NCBI GenBank assembly: GCA_963847705.1
Contig: CAWKBC010000025.1
Coordinates: 1-64,000 of the forward strand
From: an uncultured Pseudomonadota bacterium
Lineage (GTDB): Bacteria > Myxococcota_A > Polyangia > Fen-1088
Direction of reading: 5' to 3'
Length of the DNA stretch: 64,000 bases
Shown here: positions 51,101 to 58,621 of the stretch, piece by piece
Position numbering within the stretch: the first letter of the stretch is position 1
Layout: the number at the start of each line of letters is the position of its first letter
The notes under the pieces: generated by a model
Seen by the model: the letters and a program-made list of their open reading frames with translations, nothing else
The model's database searches: none
Told to the model about the DNA's origin: nothing
Program-made: the position numbers and the translations under genes

Positions 51101-52953
51101 TGCCCTTCGACGAGATCCCTGACCTCTTCCTGCGTGTCGGCCAGGGAAAGGCGGAGGTCGGCGATCCGGAAGGAGCGATCGTCGCCTACCGCGAGGCCGC
51201 GGCGCTGGCCCCCAGCTCACGCGCGGCCCGCGAGGCACTGGCCCCGCTCCTGGCGGCCAAGGAGGATTGGGGCGGCTGGATCGCCGCGCGTGAGGCCCTG
51301 GCCGCGCTCGTGGCGGAGCCCGAGAGGGCCGCCCTCTGGGAGGAGATCGGCGACGCCTGCGCGGCGCGCCTCGGCGACCGGGCGCGCGCGGAAGCCGCCT
51401 ACCGCCGGGCGTTCGAGGCCGAGCCCGCGCGGCGAGCGCCGATCGAGAAGCTGCTGGCGATCTACCAGGAAGAAGGCAGGTTCGAGCCGGCGGTCGAGAT
51501 GCTGGCGGCTCTGGCCAAGGTGGAGACGTCACCGGCGGAGCGCGCGGCGCTGCGGCGAGAGGCGGCGCGGCTGCTGCTCGACCAGGTGAACCGCCCGCTG
51601 GAGGCGATCGAGATGCTGGAGCGCGCCCTCGACGACGCCCCCGACATGCTCGACGCCTTCGACGAGCAGAGTCGCCTGCGCGAGGACGCCATGGACTGGA
51701 CCGGCCTGGTCGCCAGCCACCGCGCGATGCTCGAGCGCCTGCCACCGGATGCCCCGCGGCCGCTCCGGCTGCGCCTGTGGACCCGGATCGCCACCGTGGC
51801 GATGCGCCAGCTGCGCGACCGCAAGCTGGCCATGACGGCGTACGAGGCGGCGGTGGCGCTCGATCCCGGCGACCACGCCAAGCAGGAGATGCTGGCTCAC
51901 GTCTACCAGCTGGTGGGGCCCGACGCGCGCGAGCGCGCCATCGCCGCGCATCAGAAGCTGATCGCCCACGATCCCCACCGGACCGATTCCTACCTGGCGC
52001 TGGCGAAGCTGTACGGTGAGACGGGCGAGACCGACAAGCGCTGGTGCGTCGCCGCCACGCTCTGGTACCTCAAGAAGAACACCCCCGCGCTCGACGAGCT
52101 GTTCCACCGCCACCGGCCCCCGCGCGCCCGCGCCGCCCTGCGCCCCTTCACCGACGAGACCTGGCGCCAGGTGCGGCACCCCGACGAGGACCTGCGGATC
52201 GGCGGCTTGTTCGCCGTCGCCTCGCCGTTCCTGGCGGTGTCGGCCGCCTACGACCCGGCGCACGTCGGGCTCAAGAAACGCGGACAGGTCGACCTCCAGC
52301 AGGACGCCAGCCTCTGGGCGCGCACGCTGGTCGAGCTGGCCGGAACGCTGGCCCTGCCGCTCCCCGACGTCTACGCGATGGACGGCGAGGCCGGCCAGAC
52401 CACCCTGGTCAATGTCCGTCACCGCAATGGCCCGCGGCCGACGCTGCTGCTCGGGCCCCCGACGATGCGGCGGAACAGCTTCGATCTGGTCTTCGATCTG
52501 GCGCCCCATTTTTCCTTCTTGCGCCCCGAACGGTTCCCCAAGGTGGCGCTGCGGACGCCGCCCATCCTGCAGGGCGTGCTGGGGGTGCTGCGTGCGCTCG
52601 GCCGACCGAACGGCGGGCCGCCGCTCGAGGGTGAAGCGGGTCAGCTCAAGGCCCACCTCGCACGCACGATGCCTCCCGCGGCGCTGGCCCGGCTCGCCGA
52701 GGCCAGCCGCGATCTCGGCGCCGAGGGGGAGCCGGTGGACATCGAGCGGTGGATCGCCGCCACCGATCTGTCCGCCGCGCGCCTCGCGCTCTCCCTGACC
52801 GGGGAGCTGGCGGCGGCGTTCCGGGTGATCTCCAGCGAGCCGATCCCGCTGTCGACGATCCCCGCCCACCGGCGGATGGCCGACCTGGTGGCCTTCTCCG
52901 TCAGCGACGACTACTTCGCGGTCCGGCGCCAGCTCGGCCTGGCGATCGCCTAG
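48139..52953 (+). CDS. Degenerate SIR2-like domain fused to giant TPR solenoid (AgmK-like C-terminus)
   Basis: VLVTGLGCS..GAPSW, VVTTAFD, LLHLCG, LIGFRPTDPD; >1000 aa of TPR repeats; ends DLVAFSVSDDYFAVRRQLGL. Confidence 0.85.
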   Translation: MVEIPDSLVERLKARQVVLVTGLGCSELAGAPSWKTFIDSLADRPVFSDVRAQIAGLIAAGRLGDALALIRDLLPPAQVEEAIERAFADGAPLPDSVRQAADFPWRAVVTTAFDDQWARALAAATTRRDPLRVLVGIDASARAQFGGPDTPLLHLCGRRALPKSLCLGPADARLRLLPSAGIAWLEQLRRRRSLVLIGFRPTDPDLVWLSSWLAAHPAQGGAGPHYLFLDLSAEDDPDREAMVWELRTGLTILPCLEGTGEAMARLAMIAGSIGTQLPSSDSDVDLAALLDRWARNPDDPEPRQILARAEGALRDEERWDRLVELLLRRLDLQDEPRQQIAALGEVARLFRDRLDAPERALKAEIVMLRLLPTDDDLWERLRADARAGGAWGALSTEARWVAEMAGATPAATRIWREIARVEREELDRPDDALAALEQALLATPGHREARAEQVALLRALGRWGELVAALKAAAAETDEPEQAIAGLLEAAEILEGPANDPVGAAQAYEATLTIAPEREQAAAALERLYAREKRWADLAALLERRADRLPASEASALRHRRVDILVDHLDALGQAAEQLEALAAEGDRGALLKLEQIYRRAERHDDYLQILRRLADAAGSQPERITALRRLAAEGDALPDGAEQAADALDEILRLDPRDSDAFEALTRLCRARGRFAALAEALSRRLEVTETAEAKRELLVSLAQICETELGDPERALDAYVAARSAGDRREEIHEATARLAERLGRWSVCAEALGAWAEASTEPELRAEVLVEAAGVFVEHLHDSPAAEAALERVAALAPEHPRALAILGRVREEGGGYEQAVALYERAASQEPDRSEQSALLTRAAVVLMEHGQDEDRAADLLVRALAADPGHRDANLRLVDVYTRREQWADVEALLDRELESARTPGETERDTERVAALQTQLARAALALGNAEKALACLETAHRLRPELLPMLRTFADLRYGRGEWKEAIVLYESLLALHREALPFDEIPDLFLRVGQGKAEVGDPEGAIVAYREAAALAPSSRAAREALAPLLAAKEDWGGWIAAREALAALVAEPERAALWEEIGDACAARLGDRARAEAAYRRAFEAEPARRAPIEKLLAIYQEEGRFEPAVEMLAALAKVETSPAERAALRREAARLLLDQVNRPLEAIEMLERALDDAPDMLDAFDEQSRLREDAMDWTGLVASHRAMLERLPPDAPRPLRLRLWTRIATVAMRQLRDRKLAMTAYEAAVALDPGDHAKQEMLAHVYQLVGPDARERAIAAHQKLIAHDPHRTDSYLALAKLYGETGETDKRWCVAATLWYLKKNTPALDELFHRHRPPRARAALRPFTDETWRQVRHPDEDLRIGGLFAVASPFLAVSAAYDPAHVGLKKRGQVDLQQDASLWARTLVELAGTLALPLPDVYAMDGEAGQTTLVNVRHRNGPRPTLLLGPPTMRRNSFDLVFDLAPHFSFLRPERFPKVALRTPPILQGVLGVLRALGRPNGGPPLEGEAGQLKAHLARTMPPAALARLAEASRDLGAEGEPVDIERWIAATDLSAARLALSLTGELAAAFRVISSEPIPLSTIPAHRRMADLVAFSVSDDYFAVRRQLGLAIA

Positions 52954-53028
52954 GAGGGGGCGTCGCCGTCAGGCGACGGTGAGCACCGCGAACCATGCCC
53001 GACGACGGCGCGCCCGAAGGCGCCCTAG
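52950..53028 (-). repeat. CTAG-bounded two-hairpin dispersed repeat, copy D
   Basis: Reverse complement CTAG-GGCGCCTTCGGGCGC-GCCGTCGTCGGGCATGGTTCG..GCTCACCGTCGCCTGACGGCGACG-CCCCCTC-CTAG; fills the whole gap between two convergent TAG stops. Confidence 0.88.
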
Positions 53029-53984
53029 CCCGCGGAGGTCGTCACGCCCGACGCGTCGGGAGGTCGAAGCCGGAAGCCGGTCCGCGCCAGGACGCCCAGA
53101 CCGGCCAACGTCACGGGGACGACCTGCACCAGGTGATAGAGGAGCGCGAAGGCGACCGCGGTCGGCTTCCCCACCTTGGCCAGCACCAGGACGACGGCGG
53201 CGGCGCTCTCGAACGTCCCGGCGTTGGCCGGAAGGGCGGGGACCGCCATGGCCAGGTTGATGCCCAGGAGGACGACGATCGCCAGCACCGGCGCCAGATG
53301 CAGACCGATGGCGCGGGCGCAGAGGATGATCATGGCGATCTCGCACGACCAGGCCGCGAGCGACGCCCCCAGCGTTTCCGCCGTCGCCTCGGAGCTCCGG
53401 AGCACGGTCATCCCGGGCGCGATCCGCGCCGCGGCCGCTCGAAGGAATCCAGGGATTCGCCCGCTTCGACCGTCCGCCATCCCCCGCAGGATGACCAGCA
53501 CCGCCAGCGCCACGCCCAGGGCGGCCGCCCCGGTTCCCAGCACCCACGACTGCGCCGGGGCAAAGCAGCTGGCAGAGAGCGCGAGCGCCGCCAGGACCAC
53601 GACCTCCAGCAGCTTCTCGACGACCGCGATCGCCATCGCGGCCGATTTCCCGATCCCCGCGCAGCTCTCCAGCATGTAGAGACGGGCCACGTCGCCCGCC
53701 CGCAGCGGAAACACGTTGTTGATGGCCGAGGAGCTCAAGACGGCGCGAACCAGGCATCCGAGCGACGCGCGGGCGGGCGCGAGCAGGACCTGCAACCGCG
53801 CCGCCCGGATGGTCAACATCAGGCCGTTGATGGCCACGACCACCACCAGAAGCTCGAGCTTGGCCCTTCGGAGCGTCCCCCAGACCTCGCGCCAGCTCAC
53901 ATGATGAGCGACGAAGCCGACGGCGGCGACCCCCACCAACCCGCGGGCCACCACCGCGAGCGCCCGACGCCGAGGCGTCGGCAT
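53025..53984 (-). CDS. Lysylphosphatidylglycerol-synthase TM (flippase-like) protein
   Basis: IRAARLQVLL, NNVFPLRAGDVAR, VEKLLE, PALPANAGTFE, AFALLYH. Confidence 0.88.
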   Translation of the reverse strand: MPTPRRRALAVVARGLVGVAAVGFVAHHVSWREVWGTLRRAKLELLVVVVAINGLMLTIRAARLQVLLAPARASLGCLVRAVLSSSAINNVFPLRAGDVARLYMLESCAGIGKSAAMAIAVVEKLLEVVVLAALALSASCFAPAQSWVLGTGAAALGVALAVLVILRGMADGRSGRIPGFLRAAAARIAPGMTVLRSSEATAETLGASLAAWSCEIAMIILCARAIGLHLAPVLAIVVLLGINLAMAVPALPANAGTFESAAAVVLVLAKVGKPTAVAFALLYHLVQVVPVTLAGLGVLARTGFRLRPPDASGVTTSAG

Positions 53985-53988
53985 GGCC

Positions 53989-54897
53989 CTACCCGACCTG
54001 GTGGGACCGGCCACGCAGAGCCGCGGCCGCGGCCGCGCCCGTCGTGGCTGCAGGCGCCTCGACCGGCACCAGACGCTCGATCCGCGCGGCCTCCGTCTGT
54101 CGCGCCTGGGCGGAGAGCAGCGCCGGATCGCCCAGCTGTTTCATCGTCCAGACGATCCGGGCGATCGCCGTCCCGGTGTTGAGCAGCGCCATGATGAACA
54201 GGGCGACCGCCGTGACCGCGTAGGTCGGGTGAGGCACGAAACCCTCGACGTGGTGTCCCACCAGCGGCGAGAAGGCCAGGGCGATCGAGAGCAGTGTGAT
54301 CCGGTCGGCCCGCTGCATGAGCCCTTCCGCGCCGGTCAGGCCGAGCGTCTCGGCGCGCGACCGCGCGTAGCTGATGACGAAGGACATGACCAGCGCCACC
54401 AGCGCCGCGTACATGACCACCGTCCCCGCGTAGTAGACGACGCAACCGCCGAACATGAGGCCGTCGGCCACCCGGTCGATGGTCGAATCGAAGAACGCCC
54501 CGCGCGCGCTGGTCGACCGCAAGGCGCGCGCGACCTCGCCATCCATCACGTCGAGCGCCCCCGTCGAGATCAACAGCACCGAGCCGAGGGCGAAGTGACC
54601 GGCACCGACCGCGATCGCCGTGGCGAACGCCAGGAGCAGGCCCAGCACGGTGAAGAAGCTGGCCGACTGTCCGCTGCGGATGGCCAGGCGGCAGATGGGC
54701 TTGGTCAGCCAGTAAAAGTACCCGACCAGCAGCGAGGGGAGCAGGCGACGTCCAGCTCCGCGCGGGCGCAGCGGCGGCAAGGTCGACAGGCGGAGCGCCA
54801 CCCGCACCGCGTAGGTGAACAGCGCGAGCGAGAAGAAGGAGGCGAATCCCACCAGGAACACGACATCCATAACCTTCGGCGATAGGTGAAGGCTCAC
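53989..54897 (-). CDS. CDP-alcohol phosphatidyltransferase
   Basis: DVMDGEVAR..GAFFDSTIDRVAD, SYARSRAE, GLMQRADR; AAGGAG RBS before the GTG. Confidence 0.92.
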   Translation of the reverse strand: MSLHLSPKVMDVVFLVGFASFFSLALFTYAVRVALRLSTLPPLRPRGAGRRLLPSLLVGYFYWLTKPICRLAIRSGQSASFFTVLGLLLAFATAIAVGAGHFALGSVLLISTGALDVMDGEVARALRSTSARGAFFDSTIDRVADGLMFGGCVVYYAGTVVMYAALVALVMSFVISYARSRAETLGLTGAEGLMQRADRITLLSIALAFSPLVGHHVEGFVPHPTYAVTAVALFIMALLNTGTAIARIVWTMKQLGDPALLSAQARQTEAARIERLVPVEAPAATTGAAAAAALRGRSHQVG

Positions 54898-55061
54898 GGC
54901 GAGGTCTCCTTTGGCGGTGGGATGTCGTCGACCGACCACAATCGTTCCGCGATCACGACCCGCAACAACTTCAGATAGGCCACGAGGGTCAGCTGACCAA
55001 GGCGCCCAAGAAACACGAGCTGGCTTTGCAACGTCGGTGTCCTACTGACTGAATTAACCAT
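54894..55061 (-). CDS. Small hypothetical protein (55 aa)
   Basis: MVNSVSRTPTLQSQLVFLGRLGQLTLVAYLKLLRVV...; its TGA overlaps the next GTG (GTGA). Confidence 0.4.
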   Translation of the reverse strand: MVNSVSRTPTLQSQLVFLGRLGQLTLVAYLKLLRVVIAERLWSVDDIPPPKETSP

Positions 55062-55219
55062 TTGAGCCACTGCCGCCAGATGCAAGCTCAGCACCGTGGA
55101 GCGTGCCATTCGAAGCGGTCCCGGAGATCACTGGGAATTGGCCCAAGATCAGCCGTGAGACAGGTCGCACAGCCGTCAGGTTTTGGACGAATCGTCCAAT
55201 GGCTGATGACTCGGCCGCG

Positions 55220-55480
55220 CCAGCGCCGCCCATCCAGAGCAGGCCAGTCAAGAGCGAGGTCAGCACCAGGGCGGTGCTCCGGATGTTGCCGAAGAGGATC
55301 GCCACCAGCAGCGCGACGCCGGCGAAGGCCACCCCGGTCGCCAGCGGCCCGGCGCGCGAAATCGACCGCAGCATCGCCGCGAACATCGAGGAATTGCCGG
55401 CGGCGCTCACCAGCTCGCCACCTGGCAGTTGAACAGGACCAGGCACACGCCCAGCAGCAGGAGCGCGTTCCGAGCCCGCG
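55220..55480 (-). pseudogene. Internal fragment of an MMPL/RND-family transporter
   Basis: AAGNSSMFAAMLRSISRAGPLATGVAFAGVALLVAILFGNIRSTALVLTSLLTGLLWMGG resembles MMPL TM7-8; the rest of the gene is absent. Confidence 0.6.
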
Positions 55481-55483
55481 CCG

Positions 55484-56677
55484 TCACGCGGACCGCGCCG
55501 TCGACTGAGGCTCGCTCCCGCCGCCGCGGAGGAGCCGGGCGTAAAGCGCGAGCACCTGATCGGTGACGACCGGCCAGTCGAAGCGCGCCGCCGTGCGACG
55601 TCCGGCCTCCGCGCAGCGCCGCCGCGCGGCCTCGTCAGTCAGCAGCCAGTTCGCGCAGCGGGCGAGCTCGGTCGATGCGGGGTCGGCCGCGACGTCCACC
55701 AGATGGCCCTCCACACCGTCCCGCATGACGTTGCGGAAACCGGGCGTGTCGGCCGCCACGACTGCGCACCCGGCGGCCATCGCCTCGAGCACGATGATCC
55801 CGAAGGTCCCGCCGACGGCCGGGCAGAGCAGCAGATCGCCCGAGGCATAATATGATCGGCGCTCCGGACCGGGGACGAACCCCACGAAGTGGACGTCGTC
55901 GCGGAGGTCGGAGGGGACCATCGCCTCGTACCTCGGCCGCAGGGGACCGTCGCCCACGACGATCAGGCGGGCGTCGGTCCCCAGGCGCCTCACCCCGACC
56001 CACGCGCGGATCACGTGGTCGACGCCGTTGCGGGGATCGAATCGCCCGACATGCAGGACGTTCAAGCGGCCGTCGTCGAACTCCGGACGGCGGCGGCCCG
56101 AAGAGAACGCCGCCACGTCCACCCCGTTGGGAATGATCTGCCAGGGCGCCCGAAAATAGCGGCGGACCCCGGTGAGCGCCGTGTCGGAGACGCCGACCGC
56201 CGCATGGAGCCGATCGACGTAGGGCTGCAACCGCCGCCTGACGAGCGCGAGCAGCAGGCTGCGCTCGAACGCGCTGTGAAAGGTCCCGACGTTGACGGCG
56301 TCGGAGCAGCGCAACGCCAAGAGGGGAAGCGTCGGCATCAGCGGCGAGTGGACGTGGACCACGTCGAACCTCTCCGCGCGGATCACCTCGCGCATTCGGG
56401 TCGAGAGATCGCTGCCGGTCGACGTCCGCGCGATCGAGCCGCCCGAGAGCACGGGAACGGAGACGCCGATCCGGATGACGCTGTTTTCCTGGTCCGCGCG
56501 CCGCGCGGCCTCCGCGGAGAGCACCTCCCTCTCGGAGGCCAGGTTGTCCCTCACCACCGGTGTCAGGATTCGAACGTCGTGACCGACACGCCGGGCCGCC
56601 CGCGCGAAGTGGTGGACGTGCTCCTGAATCCCACCCAGCGTCGGGTAGTAGTATTCGGTGACAATCCCAATTCGCAT
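55484..56677 (-). CDS. GT4 glycosyltransferase, PimA-like
   Basis: MRIGIVTEYYYPTLGGIQEH, VHVHSP, GTFH, IPNGVD, GRFDPRNG, FGIIVLEAMAAG. Confidence 0.9.
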   Translation of the reverse strand: MRIGIVTEYYYPTLGGIQEHVHHFARAARRVGHDVRILTPVVRDNLASEREVLSAEAARRADQENSVIRIGVSVPVLSGGSIARTSTGSDLSTRMREVIRAERFDVVHVHSPLMPTLPLLALRCSDAVNVGTFHSAFERSLLLALVRRRLQPYVDRLHAAVGVSDTALTGVRRYFRAPWQIIPNGVDVAAFSSGRRRPEFDDGRLNVLHVGRFDPRNGVDHVIRAWVGVRRLGTDARLIVVGDGPLRPRYEAMVPSDLRDDVHFVGFVPGPERRSYYASGDLLLCPAVGGTFGIIVLEAMAAGCAVVAADTPGFRNVMRDGVEGHLVDVAADPASTELARCANWLLTDEAARRRCAEAGRRTAARFDWPVVTDQVLALYARLLRGGGSEPQSTARSA

Positions 56678-56909
56678 TTGAGCGGCGCCCCGCGCAAAGA
56701 GGGATGGGGCCGCCTCGGCGCCGGCGCAAGGCAAAGACCACTTTGGGGCCACAGCTCGAGCATCCAATAACCTCGATCGCCCGGCCCGGTGGCGACCGCT
56801 TCGGCGATCACCAGGCTGTCGCCCGGCAGCTCGCCGAGGCGGCCTTCTCGCTGAGCGTCCAGCGCCAGGAGACCGAGGCTGGTGACCGGAACAAAGAGAG
56901 ACGCGCCGG

Positions 56910-56972
56910 CTCGAGGGGGAGCATCGCCCAGGAAAGTCATGACCCGACGGCGTGGCGCCCGAAGGCGCCTAG
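56910..56972 (-). repeat. CTAG-bounded dispersed repeat, copy E (short, diverged)
   Basis: Reverse complement CTAG-GCGCCTTCGGGCGCC-ACGCCGTCGGGTCATG...GGCGATGCTCCCCCTC. Confidence 0.65.
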
Positions 56973-58543
56973 CGGGATCGGGACGGGCTGGGCGCGCGGC
57001 GCTTGGGGGGCGCCATCTCCAGGGGGACGCCCCGCGGCTGCATGGGGATCGCGATGATGAAGGTCGAGCCACTTCCAGGCCGGTTCTGAACGCGAATTCG
57101 TCCGCCGTGCGCTTCGACGTACTCCTTGGAGATGACCAGGCCGAGCCCGACGCTGGCCCGGCGCCGGCCGTCACTCCCCCAGCGATGCCGATCGAAGATC
57201 TGGTCGACCTCGTCGGGCGGGATGCCCGGGCCGGTGTCGGAGACGGCCACCTCGACGTGATCGCCCACCTGCTTCACCGCCAGATCGACCTGGCCGCCGT
57301 CCTGGCTGATCTCCACCGCGTTGGCGACGACGTTGCTCACCGCCTGCACCATCCGGTAGCGATCGACGTAGGCCGTCAGCCCCTTCTTCTCGGTGACCGC
57401 CCGCAGGCGGACCGCGCGCGCTTCGGCGAGTGGGCGAAAGAGATCGGCCACCTCGCTCATGATCGAGTCGATCGACTCCATGACCCGTCCGAGCACCAGC
57501 GCGCCCGACTCGATCACGAACATGGCTCCCAGATCGGCGAGCAGCCGGTCGGCCAGGGTGGCGGCGCTCCGGATCTGGGTGGCCAGCGGACTTCCGTTCT
57601 GTCGGGCCAGCTCGGTGGCGATGAACCCGATCGCGTTGAGCGAGTTGCGCAGATCGTGAGAGACCATGCTCATCATCTCATCACGGGCGCGCTTGGCGCT
57701 GACGGCCAGCTCGTACAGACGCGCGTTCTCCAGCGCCAGGGCCGCCCGATCGGCCAACGCCTCGATGGTGGGAAGATCGTCCGCCACGAAACGCCGGCGG
57801 TCGTTGGTGATCAGCAGGGAGAGGACCCCCGTCGGTTTTCCCCGCACCAGCAGGGGGACCCGCAGCGCCGACCGAACGCCCAGCGGGGCCAGCCCGTCGG
57901 CGGCTTCGGTGACCGAGCTCAGCAGCTCGGACGCCGCGGTCTGAATGACCCGCCCCGTCCCGACATTCGCGAAGGCGCCGGCCGTGAGCTCCTCCTGCTG
58001 CTTGACCGCGGCCCGGGTCAAGCTCTCGCCCACCAGCAGATCAACGATGCAGACGTCGGCCACGCGCGGGACGACCAGCGAGGTCAGCTTGCGGATGATC
58101 TCGTCGCGCTCGAGCGACAGCGACAGCTCCTCGCCCGCGTCGGCGAGGAGGCTCATCGCCCGCTCCGCCCGCTCCGCCGTCTGGCTTTCGTCGGAGACGT
58201 CGCGCAAGTAGATCGTCAACCCGGATCCCGATGGGTAGAGTCTCTGCCGAACGGGGCGCCGCGTGATCGGCGAGATCGACTCGAACTCGACCGGCGTCAT
58301 TCCGGCGAGGGCCTGCTTGTACCGCTCGCCGCTCGCCGACGCCGCCATGTCGGGGAAGAGATCCCAGCAGATCTTTCCCAACATGTGATCCCGCGGCGCG
58401 CCGAGGTGCCTCTCGGCCGCCTGGTTGATGTAGACGAGGCGCCAGTCGCGATCGAGGGCGACGATTGCGTCGCTCACCCGATCAAGGACGTCAATAAACC
58501 TGCGCTCGAGATCGCCAAATAGTCCCACCAGAGGCTCCCCCAT
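56969..58543 (-). CDS. PAS-GAF sensor histidine kinase
   Basis: PAS (DRDWRLVYINQAA), GAF, H-box SHDLRNSL, DTGPGI, GLGL, HGGRI. Confidence 0.93.
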   Translation of the reverse strand: MGEPLVGLFGDLERRFIDVLDRVSDAIVALDRDWRLVYINQAAERHLGAPRDHMLGKICWDLFPDMAASASGERYKQALAGMTPVEFESISPITRRPVRQRLYPSGSGLTIYLRDVSDESQTAERAERAMSLLADAGEELSLSLERDEIIRKLTSLVVPRVADVCIVDLLVGESLTRAAVKQQEELTAGAFANVGTGRVIQTAASELLSSVTEAADGLAPLGVRSALRVPLLVRGKPTGVLSLLITNDRRRFVADDLPTIEALADRAALALENARLYELAVSAKRARDEMMSMVSHDLRNSLNAIGFIATELARQNGSPLATQIRSAATLADRLLADLGAMFVIESGALVLGRVMESIDSIMSEVADLFRPLAEARAVRLRAVTEKKGLTAYVDRYRMVQAVSNVVANAVEISQDGGQVDLAVKQVGDHVEVAVSDTGPGIPPDEVDQIFDRHRWGSDGRRRASVGLGLVISKEYVEAHGGRIRVQNRPGSGSTFIIAIPMQPRGVPLEMAPPKRRAPSPSRSR

Positions 58544-58621
58544 CCACGCGCTATTGTACCCGCCCTTTAGGCGGCTTGCGTTAACTTTGGGGGCTTAATT
58601 TTGGCGTTGAGTTGCTGGCCG

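Noticed and set aside
55080-55110. Possible sigma54 promoter (GG-N10-GC) on the minus strand
   Set aside because: The -24 element is a poor match, and the nearby TGGCACG has the wrong spacing.
56780-56905. Possible PAP2-like gene fragment on the minus strand
   Set aside because: Only a vague resemblance, with no catalytic motif visible.
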